A stretch of DNA of 64,000 nt from Paraphysomonas bandaiensis. Its lineage: Eukaryota > Protista > Chrysophyceae. The stretch covers positions 124,001 to 188,000 of the forward strand of contig CBFFRP010000445.1 in NCBI GenBank assembly GCA_965644295.1, written 5' to 3'. Of this stretch, positions 51,868-64,000 are shown one piece after another; position 1 is the first letter of the stretch, and each line of letters starts with the position of its first letter. A program made the position numbers and the translations under genes. Below the pieces are notes generated by a model, which was not told the DNA's origin, did no database searches, and saw only the letters and a list, made by a program, of their open reading frames with translations.

Positions 51868-53187
51868 ATGATCCGTGTATTGAGTAGCTCTGTGAGGGCA
51901 GCTGGTCGAGTCTCTGGGGCTGCATGCGGCGTTAGTCGCGGCGTCCCTCACATTCAGATAGCGAGTTTCTCTAATTTTTCATCCGAGGAGCCTGATTGGC
52001 TGGTTGAAGCAGAAAACACTCCCGTTGACTCAAAGTATGTGGCGAACACATATGTGACAGAGGGGAAACGCCTTGAAATGTTTAAAAAGCACCAGAGTGA
52101 TCCCAAGAAGTGGACCAGCAAGACGCTTGCTATGCGTTACGGTATGAGTATCAGGCGTGCACAGGCCATACTCTATCTGATGAAGGAACGAGAAGAGCAT
52201 ATGCGTGAGAGAGGAGTATTAGATATATCCAACCTGTGGATGGCGGTGTATGAGGATCACCTCAATGAGCCCGAGATTATGACAACATCGCGCCTGGCAG
52301 AGAAACATGATATCAGCGAAGAGGAGGCCGAACGTATAGTCAAAAACATGTCGGAGCACGCTTGGCGTAAGGAAAATCTAAATTCTCATCTCGACTACAT
52401 GGACTGGTGTATGGACCTCATGGAAACGCTTGGTGTGTGCATTTTGAATGTGTGTCAACTGTATGGTGGATGTGTGTTGACTGTGTTAATTCAGGGTTGG
52501 ATCCATCATTCAAAGAGATTGGGGTCAATAAGACACCAGGATCCACAAGGTATGAGGAGTATTTCGAACCCACTTTCTTCGGAGACGAAGACTTCGAACA
52601 GGAGAAACAACGATTGCGGGCCAGACTAATCCAGGATACCAGAACCACTGAGGCTGCACAGAAACCGAAGACTTTTATGTCGTTTGAGAGCCGGGTTAGG
52701 AATGCAAGAGATGTGTCTCAAGACCCACTTATGGAGAACAGGGCTGGTGTTCGCACTGACGCTCCTCGCAGGTGGAAGTACGCCTTCAGAGAGCTTGCTC
52801 CACGAAAGAAAGGGGAGGCCCCGAACCCCACCATGATATGTACCAGAAGAGGAGAGTGAGTACCAGAAGTGCTTAATGTGGCATATGTGCCGCTTGTATC
52901 TGTCGTATACATTGTAGTTCATAGAAACATGATTGACTACATGTAAATTCATTCTATATAACCATTACGTTCCCAGGTTGCGTCCCGCGAATCCAGCTGA
53001 GGAGCTGCAGCGGTCATGGTCCCGACAACCTTCTGGTATAGATAATCTTCGCGGTCTGGAACGTCTCCGACAATATATGGAAGCGGAGAAGGAAGATGTT
53101 GCAGAAGCCAGAGCGATCTCAAAGCGTGATAGGCTGCGTCGGGAGGCAAAGTTACGGGAGCACGACTTGCTTACCTACAAGAAGTAA
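51868..53187 (+). CDS. Mitochondrial ribosomal protein mS45 (Bot1p/yeast MRPS35)-like, 3 exons
   Basis: Arg/Ser-rich transit peptide, helix-turn-helix-like RLEMFKKHQ..TLAMRYGMSIRRAQAILYL, and C-terminal WKYAFRE..TRRG.LRPANPAEE. Family assignment is from motif recall only. Confidence 0.65.
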
Positions 53188-53519
53188 TGCAGCTGAGTTG
53201 CTAGGCCACTGAAGTTACAATAGCATATTTTCTTTTTTATCTCTATATGCAATGTAGGTAAAATATAGTGTATTTAATATAGATTGGGTAGGGAATATCT
53301 AGAACTGGCTCCCATTATATTATTCTAGTATATGATGCATCTGGGATTGTTGTAATGATAAGATAGTGTCATCAATGCCGTTTTAGTATAGAGCTAGCCA
53401 ATGTAATGTAAGGATTATGTTTATAGAAAATAGTGTCGTCAATGTGAAATTGCATGTGAAATTGAAATTTGTCGTCTACCTCGTTATCTATGGTCTGCAA
53501 GATGTTGCTATGTTGCTAG

Positions 53520-55464
53520 CAGGCTTGCGTAACAATTAATTGGTTTTCAATTAAATTAATTGGTTTTAATAGTGATAATTCCAATTATTATTATTGGAAA
53601 TTGTTGCCAATTAATTGCAATTATTTGGCTGGCTAAATTATATATAGCATCTTAAGATGTATAGCTAATGATCATAGATACAAACCCATTATCAGAAGTT
53701 TGGATGTATTGTTGAGTTTTGCTGTTTGAGCAATTAAAAGCTGTAATTCTAAGTTCTAAGGTGTTGGAATTATGACCGTTAGTCGAAGAATACAGTAGTG
53801 ATGAGCTGTATTATGAGAAGTGATATCATGACGATGTAAGATCGTACTAGAAATGAGTGGTAGAGATAACGTGATATAGTGCCTATTATATTTATTATAA
53901 TCTTCTCTTATCTTAACTTGATTCATGAGTGAATACACGTCCAGTTAACTTAGTAAATCATCCAATTGTGTCATATCTTGACATGGTAGCGGATGGTAGT
54001 TGGAAGCAACTGCTGAAGTGTGTCCATAGGAGTGTAACTGGACAGAGAAGCAGGAGTCCATACGACTTGTAGGGCTGAGTGATACTGCTTTGTATAGTAG
54101 AAACCTACAATTATTGGATGACTACTAATTGTGTCATATCATACAATTATCCAAAAGCCTTTCTACACAATTAGTAGTAGAGTAAATATGCTTCAAGCAG
54201 CGGTACTTAGTTGGTTTAGTAGTGCGTAGTCGCTTTTGTTCTTGGTGCGCTTGGTGTCTTCTCGCCAGTGAGTCGACATCATCATCTTTATCCTCGTCTT
54301 CGTCTTGGACACCACAGCAAAGCAAGACTCTTTGAACATCTTCATTTTTATCACACCACACAGCAAACATTGAAAAATAGTGTTCTCTAGCACATATCCA
54401 ACCATTCTGAACTAGACCAAATGAATTAGAGGCAACATTTCTTTCACTTTCTTCTCAACTTGCTGTGCCAAAGCATCCAGATATTTCATGGTTGTGCTTC
54501 TTGATATTGGCTTCAGGTTGGTGTTCTTTCTATGCAACGCTTTCTCCACAAAAGAAAATGGAAGGTCCTCCATAATTATCCACTCCAACCATCTGAACGC
54601 ATTAAAAGAGGAAGGAGAAACTTTTCTCTCAACATAAGAATCCATGGGACCAGCTCCACGCAAAGCTGCCCTGATCTTGGCATCCCAGCCTTCGTGCTGC
54701 TTCGCATGCTGAGCCAAGTTGGACCATCCTGCTTTTCTCTGTCGCGGATACGATTTTTGGCATTCTCTGCATTCCCATTTCTGACGGCCATCATCAAAGT
54801 CCTCAAGTTGGGTAAAAAACACCCATGAAATGGATTCTGGTGTTAAGTTGTCAGACATATATATCTAGTAAAAATGATACACACATATTTTGTAAATATT
54901 ATGATTATATATACGAGTACAATATACTGTATATTATATGACCAAAACTCTAAATATCCAGTATTTCGACTGCATAAAAAACAGAAAAAGCCCTGATAAT
55001 CCATATCCATATCCATACCGCTGCACATTACACTTGAATCCTGTAGTGTCTTGTATTGACAGTCCAGGATCGGTAAGGAGATGATTGCCGCACTACTTAT
55101 AGATATATAAGGGTAATACTCTATGAGATCGAGCTGAACTTAGTCTTGTTGCTCAAGGTCAAGAGTAAAGACACATAATCTACCGTACAAAGAACAAGGT
55201 ACTTCTCTTAATGTAAAGATATTTATAATGAGAGGACAACATCTTCCCACCATTTGAATAGCCGTTATAATAGCCATGTAGGGCGATGTTTTCCAACTTC
55301 TTTCTCTAATATTATGTTATATATATAGTAAATAATTGCCAATTAATTGCAATTTAATTTCAACTTTCCAGCGAGCAATTATAATTGCAATTATTATGTA
55401 TGTTTCATGTAATTTAATTGCAATTACAATTAATCGCAATTCAATTAATTGTTACGCAGCCATG
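53520..55464 (-). mobile_element. Internally deleted hAT/BED transposon carrying a transposase pseudogene (54134-54858)
   Basis: Imperfect TIRs caggcttgcgtaacaattaattg / caattaattgttacgcagccatg. BED finger WECRECQ..GWSNLAQHAKQH, WLEWIIMEDLPFSFVE. The N-terminal part is fused to the C-terminal KHIYSTTNCVERL. No TSD seen. Confidence 0.82.
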
Positions 55465-55826
55465 ATGTATGTGCACACAGTCATGTTATCATTTTATTAT
55501 AATCATAATTGTGTGAGAAAGACAATATAAGGGTTACTATACATTCCAACCTCTCGTAAGAGAGTAATATAGTAGTCATATATAGCAGGAAAAGAAGAAA
55601 AACTGAGCACATCAAAAACGATCGTCAATATATATAAAAAAATAGTATATCAACGAAATGTGCAAGTATAGTAGCATCTGAGGAAGAGAAGAAGTATGTC
55701 TGTATGCAAGAATACACTCATACAGACAAACCGTAGTGTGTGTGTACAACAGTAATATAGACTAGAATGGCGCCAGTGAGTTCTAGGACGCACGAGCATG
55801 GCAAAATACACATTCAACATTAAGAA

Positions 55827-56650
55827 TGGAAGTTGTCGCACCTTGGTGCTTGCGGCGACGCTTATTCAATGTCAGATTATTAAGAAGCGCAAGCTTGTGC
55901 GTTGCCGCGACCAACCTAACAACCCGCGCGAACACTATGCATAACATGACTCTCATCTAGTAACTATTGCATGCACCGACAAGACATCTACCAAAATCTC
56001 AAGCTGACTCCATCCCTCCATTGTGTGCACTCGTCCAGCACATGCATCCACCTTGCACCTTCCCCGGATGAAAACCTACTATAAGCAAGAATAACATAAA
56101 AGCACCACAAATGTACCTTACACTGCTTGTAGAAATCTCAATGACCTGGGTCAGGAGAAACCAAGACTAGGCAGTAGACGTGTGAGAAGACATGACAGGT
56201 CTAATCACATCATTGCCATTGCCATGCATCCATGAGGAATGTTTGACGCATTACCTCGGTCATTGGCCGGCCACACAGATACCGAATAATGTGAACTCAT
56301 ACTCAGCATCAATCACTCAAAGCAAACGCAGGGAGCAAGCAGAATGTTGATATACCTGACATCTGCTGACTTCAGGTTTTTTGAGTTCTTAAGGTGAACA
56401 TCCCGGATGCTTAAGGCAGCCCAATACCCCGGTTAGAATCTCTCGGGTACTTATTCCCCACAACACCACGAAAAGGTGCGAGTCCGACTTTGTTGAGGGT
56501 TGCGGCGACGCACAAGCAGCTTCTGTAGTAGGATAATAGATAAATAGAATAATTAGTTATGGGTAGCGGTCTAATTAGCCACTAGCATTCAACTAGCCAC
56601 TACATTGATGCAGGTTTTTAACGCCTATTGCTAAATAATATGACTTTCAA
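55827..56650. mobile_element. Rearranged retroposon-family cluster with forward and inverted segments
   Basis: Forward tail piece at 55827-55860, inverted tail at 55863-55910, inverted body at 56310-56499 and forward tail at 56500-56650. Confidence 0.65.
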
Positions 56651-56697
56651 TAATAATTATAGACTAGAATTCATAACATTATTATATATTCAACAGG

Positions 56698-57590
56698 ATG
56701 GCATTGTATGAACAATTTTCACGACTACTTTTTGAACTAAAAGAGGAACTACCAAATGGGGTTTATAAATGGCAATGCAGTGAAAGTCCTATTGCGGCAA
56801 ATTCGCAAAACTTTTTTTTGTCGAGAGAGAAAATTCAAGGAGATACTCCAACTTGGAAGATATATCTAGAACAACCTTGATGAAGTATTTAGAAGAGATA
56901 GATAAAGCGCGTTTCTCATATCATAAAGGAAGAAATGTTACAGAGCACATTTGGTTTAGTTGTTGACGGATGGAGTTGTGTTGGAAAACACTATTTTGCT
57001 GCGTTCACTGTTGTGCAACAAGTGCTGCTATACTGTGGAGTCCAAGATATGAAGATGAGGAATCCGATATTGATTTTACAGCAGAATCAATCTAGGATTA
57101 TCTGTTTGTTGAGCTACAGTTATTGGCATTGGACTTCAATTTCTGGTGACACACCGGCTTAACTAAAGAGCATCAAGTGGAGTTCGCTATATGATATGAT
57201 ATAGAACTACCCACTCGTCTGCGTGTAGACGCGGACATTGTTCAAAGTTCACAATTCAAAAGATCAGTATAGTCCAAAATAAGCGTTGTAGGGAATAAGA
57301 ACTGAACCGCGCTGAAAATGCACAGGTGCGACGCTTTTCAATAAATGATGTACCTGCACACGAAGATGAACTCGATGAAGAGAAAAAGATAATGAGTAGG
57401 AAGATGATTCCATTCGCCTACTTATAGACAACCGAAGCGCGAAAAAGCACGCATCAAACTGCCAACTCACGAAGCATTTGTATAGGACTACAAATATTTG
57501 TGAGGGGTTGATTATAGCAGAGGTATGATTGTTATGATTGAGTTTCGCAAACCACTTGAAATCGGCAAATTTGGGATGAGATTAAGGTTC
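56698..57590 (+). pseudogene. Degraded hAT/BED transposase copy
   Basis: GVYKWQC, FGLVVDGWSCVGKHYFA (first catalytic Asp region), LLYCGVQD and RLRVDADIVQS, with frameshifts and deletions. Confidence 0.75.
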
Positions 57591-58930
57591 CTAATCTATA
57601 AATTGAGGGCATATTATTAAAAATTTACTTATTAATGGTACAATTTTTTAGTATGATACTTCGCTCTTTATGGTAATAATTTACTCTGAACTGCCGAATA
57701 ATATATCATTACTTGTAATTATATATCTAGAAAGTAGTAAAAATGTGATGCACTGCCACGGCATAAAAGGTCATCTGTATCATTGTTGCATGCACTTTCG
57801 TATTAACAACAATCATACAAAATGCGGAGCAACTGCTGCGTGGACTGTTATCGATAATTTTCTGCATGAAGCGTCATCTGCCGGTGGACTGTAGCATGAA
57901 CTACATTACTGGATATTACTTACTGAGTTGTAGAAACATTTTCTTTATTCAGAATGTAGTCACCCACGTAACCAATACATATTAAAGTATTATTTGTAAG
58001 CTCAGCAGTATAAGAGTAGTGCAATATGACTATAATTAAGACACGGCGCTGGAGGGGAAATGCTACTTTTCAGCCACTATAGGATTGTAAAGAAGAAAAA
58101 CATATATGATTGTACAGTATAACAGTAGTTTGTGGGATTGTACAGTTCAGGTGGGTTGAACAATATAGAATATAGCTGTATGAGAACTATACATATATAC
58201 TTCATCCGTTTTCTTAAGGTCGTATAATACGACAAAGTATAATACGATGCAGTGTGCTGTATATTATGAATAGCCAGTAATATATATCCAGTAATATATA
58301 AGAGGAACCTCTTATGCATTAGTCCGTATGATCCTGAGGCATGAGTGTATAACTAGAGTGAAAAGCATTGTATTCACGCTAAGTGTGTAAGGTCTGTATG
58401 TGTGTTATGAAATGATGGTATGATGTTCCCATTGATGAGATTATCATATGAGGAAGCGTTATTGATATCGATGTTTAAAAAAAAATGTCCTTATACTAAA
58501 CTGTTAACAAATTCAATTATTAATGGCAACTAAATTGCAACCTTCCATCGAGCAGCTAAATTGCAACAATAAAATTAGAGTTAGTAGTAGTCGTCTAACA
58601 ATATGCTAACGTAGAAGTGGAGATCGAGCAAATAGACTTCCTTCTGTAGTTGTCTGGACACTATTTAAAAATTCCAGTAATTAGACTTAACATGTCGGAA
58701 CCAAACTCGTATAATCACAAATGATTAGATAGAAGCAAATAGCAAGTAATGTGAAGCCCCAATCAAGTATCTGCCAACTAAATTACAAATTAGATGTGCA
58801 AATTTTGGTTTACAACTTGCATTTTCACCTGACATGAATTCAATTGAATAGAATTCACATCCATTTAGCTTCGATTCATCCAGTGTGGTAAAATAAGGCT
58901 TCTAAAATCAAATGACAGATTATTAAATTT

Positions 58931-59800
58931 CTAATCCAAATAGTCGTCATTATCATCTTCTTGCCAGACATCAACCTCATCGTCCCCCTTTACAACAAGA
59001 TCATCAGCTTCTACATCAGTATCATCATCTTCGTACTCAGCTAAATCTATAACCTTAGAATAAACACCCTCCTCGCGATATCTAACCTCTTGTGCTATTG
59101 CACGATCAATCTTATTCTGAGATCTCACTTTCGTACCATACTCACGGAAACCCTCCAGTACATGTTGTCGCAACTCTTTCATTGTACGCGTACCAGCATA
59201 CTTTCTACTAGCCACATACTGCTTTACATCTCTCCATAGTTCCTCAATAGGTAGCAACTCAGGATGATACGGCGGAGTCATTAGTGGTGCACTATATGAC
59301 CATATTCAGTACACAACTGTTGCACTCTTGTTACATTACATACCACTCCTCGCTGAGTTGCATTTTCCTTCAGCCAAGACCTAGCTATAGCTTGCAGCTG
59401 CACTAACGTGTGACCTCGTGGAGCTGTACCCTTCAGATGTGGAACATCATATTTTTCTAGAAATGCGTTACCTCTGCTGCCCGTATAGGACCTGTCCACA
59501 ATCCGAGTTAATGTGCTTCATGTGCTCGGGGCCTCTTGATCCGTAGCTGCTTGGAGGAAGAAGTGTACTACCCTTGCTATTAACCCATTCTTTCCATAGA
59601 TTGTATTGGGTACTAACACCTATACCTAAGTACACGCTAGCGCGATTCATGACGTCAGTTATATTTCGCGGTTGATCGTCGTTGTAGTAGTCATGGCGCA
59701 TGCACCAAATTAACCTCAAAGACATGCTTACATCTTCCGTAGACAAAGTAGTACCCCCGCAGCGACTATTGGGACATGAAAAATCCAATGGGTCAGCCTT
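58931..59800 (-). pseudogene. IS630/Tc1-mariner-type DDE transposase pseudogene
   Basis: Three ORFs broken by frameshifts. C-terminal TPPYHPELLPIEELWRDVKQYVA matches the DDE_3 LPPYSPELNPIE..W motif. N-terminal HTH-like RASVYLGIGVST. Confidence 0.8.
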
Positions 59801-60339
59801 TGGCTCAGATGGAGAGAAGATAGGGGCAGCATGTCGATGGGGTCTGCAGCCCCTGAGAGTAACGGAAGGTATGGTCAGGTAGCCGAGAGCGTGCTCTACG
59901 ATGTTATGCTATTTGGGGTCGTATGGCTTCAAGCTGAATGTATTCTGCAGGTGGGAAGATCGTCCTCGAGTTCACTTCCTCCTCCAAAAACAACATTCTT
60001 CATTTTTGAGTGCCCATATCTCACGACACAGACAGAGTCACTATAAAGTCCAATATAATGAAATGTTCAGCATTTTAGCATATAAAATGAAAAAGTTTAT
60101 GAATTAAACATAAAAGACACTTTTTCACGATTTTATTCATGATTTTTACCCTTTCTCTTCTCTACAGCGAGTTCCCACATCTCGTAGTGGTGTTATTCCA
60201 TGAGGTGGTGAAGATAGCTATATGCCTATGTATCTGAAATCAGGCTATTCGGTTGGAGCGTATGTAATATCAAGAGAGGCAAAAGCAGCTATATGAGAGA
60301 ATATGATATAAAGATGACATCGATTTTTATACAATTCCT

Positions 60340-60686
60340 TAATACTAGCACTAGTACTAGCCATCACCTTGGTGTGGATGCGGACATAATTATGAATCAG
60401 ACTTTCGAAAATGCTGTTCTGAAAGTCCAAAGCGGATTGGAGGACACTCTCACTCGACCTGAGAAGGCACAGCGGCACAGCTAAAAACAGAACTGGCGAG
60501 AAGACACCAAGCGCACCAAGAACACAAGCGAATACGCACTACCAAACCAACTAAGTACCGCTGCTTGAAGCATATTTACTCTACTACTAATTGTGTAGAA
60601 AGGCTTTTCAGTAGAGCAAAAATTAACATGATCTGCGCAAAACTATGGCACCTCATCGGTTAGAGGCCCTTATGATTGCGCAAGCT
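60340..60686 (+). pseudogene. hAT transposase C-terminal relic
   Basis: HLGVDADIIMNQTFENAVLKVQSG. 60492-60607 is a near-identical reverse complement of ~54153-54270. Confidence 0.75.
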
Positions 60687-60694
60687 ATAGCTAT

Positions 60695-61933
60695 CAGGGC
60701 TGCGTATTAATTAATTGATTTTCAATTAATTGCAATTAATTGTCAATTATTGAAATTGCAATTGTTGAAATTGGGACATCGATTCATAATTGCAATTATA
60801 ATTGACTCCAGCTAGCTTCAATTAATTGTCAATTAATTGCAATTAATTGATATTAAAAAACCCACCTTTTTATGCTGAAAAGTTGTTAAAAAACGGCATT
60901 TTTAGTTAAAAAATCCAATTTTTAGGATAAAAATCGAAGACTGGTGAAAGACTATAATATCCATAGGATTATCTCACATAGTAATTCATTTAATTAATTA
61001 GCGATAGGAGCGACAAATTGGCACCAGAAGTCATTGCACGAGTGTTATTTGAGAAAGTAAATGAATGATGATAACAACGAAGAGGCTGCAATAGAGATTT
61101 GTCCTGCAGGAAAAGGGGCTCCACATTTTCCGTGATTGACCGCTACTTGCTTCTATCTAATCATATGCGATCTTTCGAGTTTGGTTCCGATGTGTTAAAA
61201 GTCTAATTGTAGGACTATCCACCTATATACAGAGTATATACATGTATATTATGCCCTGTATTACAAAAATAAGTGTTGTACAATTACAGAAGTAAGGTTA
61301 CACCAGCTTCACTTCCACGACGTTTGCACATTGATTGACGAACCCTTCATAATGCACCCGATTGTTGAGCGTCATCTGGGCGACAGTGTTGCTATTATTT
61401 TTAACGCTGCTTTCGAAAAGGCAGTCGTGAAGATTCAATGTGGCAACGAAGCCGTAACTCGGACGGCAAAGGATCAAACTAAAATATATTTGTTCGATGA
61501 GGAAGAAGAATATTATGACGGTGCGAGTCTAGCTCCGAATGACGACGCAGCGCAACGTTTGTTTGATGGTAGCAGGCAGCGGAAGCGAGCAAGACTTAAC
61601 AAGCAAACGCGTTACGGATGAAACACTTGCATAGCACAACCAATAAGGTTGAGAGGTTGCTCAGTAGAGCTACGATTGTTATGACGGGCTTGCTCAAGAG
61701 CTTGACTCCTCAACATTTAGTGCTAATTATGATTTTACGCATGAATCGTTGCCTCTGGAATGAAATGTCAGTTGAGGTAGATATATTCGCAGCTAGTGTA
61801 TTTTAGTACTAAATAATTGCAATTAATTGCAGTTAATTGCAATAGTTGAAATTGAGACAGCAAGTAATAATTGCAATTATAATTGACTACAACCTGCGTC
61901 AATTAATTGACAATTAATTGATACGCAGCCCTG
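60695..61933 (+). mobile_element. Non-autonomous hAT element with intact ends (23-bp TIR, perfect 8-bp TSD)
   Basis: TIR cagggctgcgtattaattaattg / caattaattgatacgcagccctg. ATAGCTAT at 60687-60694 and 61934-61941. Relic transposase C-terminus at 61331-61806 (STTNKVERLLSRA..SLTP). Confidence 0.92.
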
Positions 61934-62380
61934 ATAGCTATTAATTGCAATTAATTGTTATGCAGCCCTGTTATTTATCAATTAATTCAAGCTGGAGTTA
62001 ATTATTACTTGCTGTCTCAATTTCAATTATCGTAATTTCAATAATTGACAATGATACGCAGCCCTGATTCAATTAATTGTTACACGCCCTGCTATCAAAA
62101 GCACACGTTCACTAGTGTTGCCGAATTATTGCACTACATCTAGCTTTATTCAATAGGAAGCAATATGAAAAATTGCGCTTTCAAAAGGTGTAAAATATGT
62201 GATATCGGTGTGCAGACAGAAGAAAAAAAGACAGGAGAAAGGACACTTGTTTCAGCTGCATCACTAAAAAAATAAATTGATGCTCTTTACATGCATGTAC
62301 ACCACAGTATGTGTATTTAAAAATCATCAACAGTATAATATGCTGGGCGAAGTACTGAGCTTTCTCTGTCTAGTGTCCTT

Positions 62381-63493
62381 CTACCATATTTTGCTGTTAA
62401 TATCCAATACAACACGTCCCGTTACCTTCCTCTCTTCTAATAGTCTATGGGCATCCGCAACCTCCTCCAAAGGCATTTCTCTGTCCACTATAGGACGCAT
62501 ATTACGGCTTTCCATTAGATTGAGAAGCTCAGTCATGGTCTCCGCCTCAATACTGTCTGTGCCTAGGATAGTGAGACCTCTCACTATACAAAGACCTAGA
62601 GGAAGCGGGGCAGAACTATTAGTAACATTACCTATTAGCACTAGACGTCCTCCAGGCCGTAAGGCTTTCAGGGAGTCTGTGAAGGTTGGGGCACCACAGC
62701 ACTCCACCGACATATCCACAGGGCCAACTGACCTGCCGAAACTAGTTGCACTACTAACCACCTCATCAGCCCCAATACTTTTGAGATATTCGCCTTTGTT
62801 TTCGACGTCACCAGTAGCGGCAATTACATGAGCACCTATCGCCTTAAAGAGCATCACAGCTGCACTACCAACTCCCCCGCTCGCCCCAGTCACCAGAACC
62901 CTCTCACCCTCACTTAATTGTCCCCGAACAACACACCCTTGGTAGACGGTGCCGTGCGTGCTCATCACGGGGGCTGCATAAATGCCCGTCCACAGGTGTG
63001 GCCTTGGAACTTTGACTAAACCAGAGGAATGGGTAGTAAGTGAATCTGAATATCCCCCGTCTCTAGTTAGACCAAGGAATGTTCCCATAGCCTCTTCATG
63101 TTCAAATGGAGACGGGAAGGCGTCACCATTAAATTGGGCCCAATGAAGGGTTACAACTTTATCCCCAACAGAGAAATCAGCTCCCTCCCCCACAGCATCC
63201 ACCACCCCCGCGACTTCATGGCCCAGTACAGTGGGCCTCCGCATGAAAGGAAAGCCTCCCTGCCTATCAATAATATCTCTATAAGCAACTGCGCAGGCCG
63301 ACACCCTTACTCGCACATAGCCAGGATGTAGTGTTGGGTTCTCCTCATAGGGAACGGTCTCCAAACGGAAAGAAGAAGCAGGCCCGGGCTCAGGCAGCAC
63401 CATCCTCCGCATAACAGACACACCAGTGCACATGAAACGAGATACCGCATAAGGCCGACGACTTAACCGCGGCGAGTAGAATATCATCGCCAT
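62381..63493 (-). CDS. Medium-chain dehydrogenase/reductase (MDR) oxidoreductase, probably mitochondrial, intronless
   Basis: PTVLGHEVAGVV, VLVTGASGGVG, LRPGGRLVLIG and GRVVL. Arg-rich N-terminus. Start codon uncertain (63493 or 63487). Confidence 0.9.
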   Translation of the reverse strand: MAMIFYSPRLSRRPYAVSRFMCTGVSVMRRMVLPEPGPASSFRLETVPYEENPTLHPGYVRVRVSACAVAYRDIIDRQGGFPFMRRPTVLGHEVAGVVDAVGEGADFSVGDKVVTLHWAQFNGDAFPSPFEHEEAMGTFLGLTRDGGYSDSLTTHSSGLVKVPRPHLWTGIYAAPVMSTHGTVYQGCVVRGQLSEGERVLVTGASGGVGSAAVMLFKAIGAHVIAATGDVENKGEYLKSIGADEVVSSATSFGRSVGPVDMSVECCGAPTFTDSLKALRPGGRLVLIGNVTNSSAPLPLGLCIVRGLTILGTDSIEAETMTELLNLMESRNMRPIVDREMPLEEVADAHRLLEERKVTGRVVLDINSKIW

Positions 63494-63553
63494 TAATGAA
63501 ATATTCAACGGACTGATATCTCAAGCAGCGAATCAATGTGCATATATAGATAC

Positions 63554-63556
<3 letters not shown>

Positions 63557-63585
<29 letters not shown>

Positions 63586-63930
63586 TGTATGTATGTATGT
63601 ATGTATGTATGTATGTATGTATGTATGTATGTATGTATGTATGTATGTATGTATGTATGTATGTATGTATGTATGTATGTATGTATGTGTGTATGTATGT
63701 ATGTATGTATGTACGTATGTATGTATGTATGTATGTATGTATGTGTGTATGTATGTATGTATGTATGTATGTATGTATGTATGTATGTATGTATGTATGT
63801 ATGTATGTATGTATGTATGTATGTATGTATGTATGTATGTATGTATGTATGTATGTATGTATGTATGTATGTATGTATGTATGTATGTATGTATGTATGT
63901 ATGTATGTATGTATGTATGTATGTATGTAT
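63557..63930. repeat. (ATGT)n microsatellite, ~370 bp
   Basis: Near-perfect tetranucleotide run with about 3 substitutions. Confidence 0.99.
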
Positions 63931-64000
63931 GCATATATGTATATAGGTGTGTATGTATGTACTGCTCTATACTTGTATCGTACATTCGTACTACAGTCTG

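Noticed and set aside
56100-56260. Degraded GIY-YIG coding stretch (GET...R.RRH)
   Set aside because: Requires frameshifts and is too short to support.
63533-63985. 150-aa and 136-aa ORFs (TYIH/MYVC repeats)
   Set aside because: Translations of the (ATGT)n microsatellite.
1-64000. tRNA, rRNA or snoRNA genes
   Set aside because: None recognised by eye. tRNAscan-SE and Infernal were not run, so absence is not established.

Overview
Eukaryotic nuclear DNA: AT-rich intergenic tracts, short GT-AG introns and no prokaryotic operon structure. The gene repertoire suggests a stramenopile/ochrophyte-like protist, which is an inference. About 14 protein-coding genes are supportable. They are a 22+-exon NAD-glutamate dehydrogenase, an intronless hybrid histidine kinase, a protein with a degenerate Nudix box, a WW-methyltransferase fusion, a secreted sugar O-methyltransferase-like protein, a SHAQKYF-type MYB, a small Cys-rich membrane protein, intronless eEF3, a Ser-rich orphan, a two-repeat voltage-gated channel, PA2G4/EBP1, a tandem PLAC8 protein, mitoribosomal mS45/Bot1p-like protein and an MDR oxidoreductase. 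Intergenic space holds nested transposon debris: hAT/BED remnants and MITEs with 8-bp TSDs, a Tc1/IS630 pseudogene, solo-LTR-like elements, and a dispersed retroposon family with a structured 3' tail. There are two standout observations. The first is a 2x6TM channel whose repeats both carry BacNav/CatSper/EukCat-style Asp filters (TLDAWSD, TLDDWSE) rather than TPC filters. The second is the structured 3' module shared by at least 8 retroposon copies. Exon boundaries were read by eye and no searches were run.
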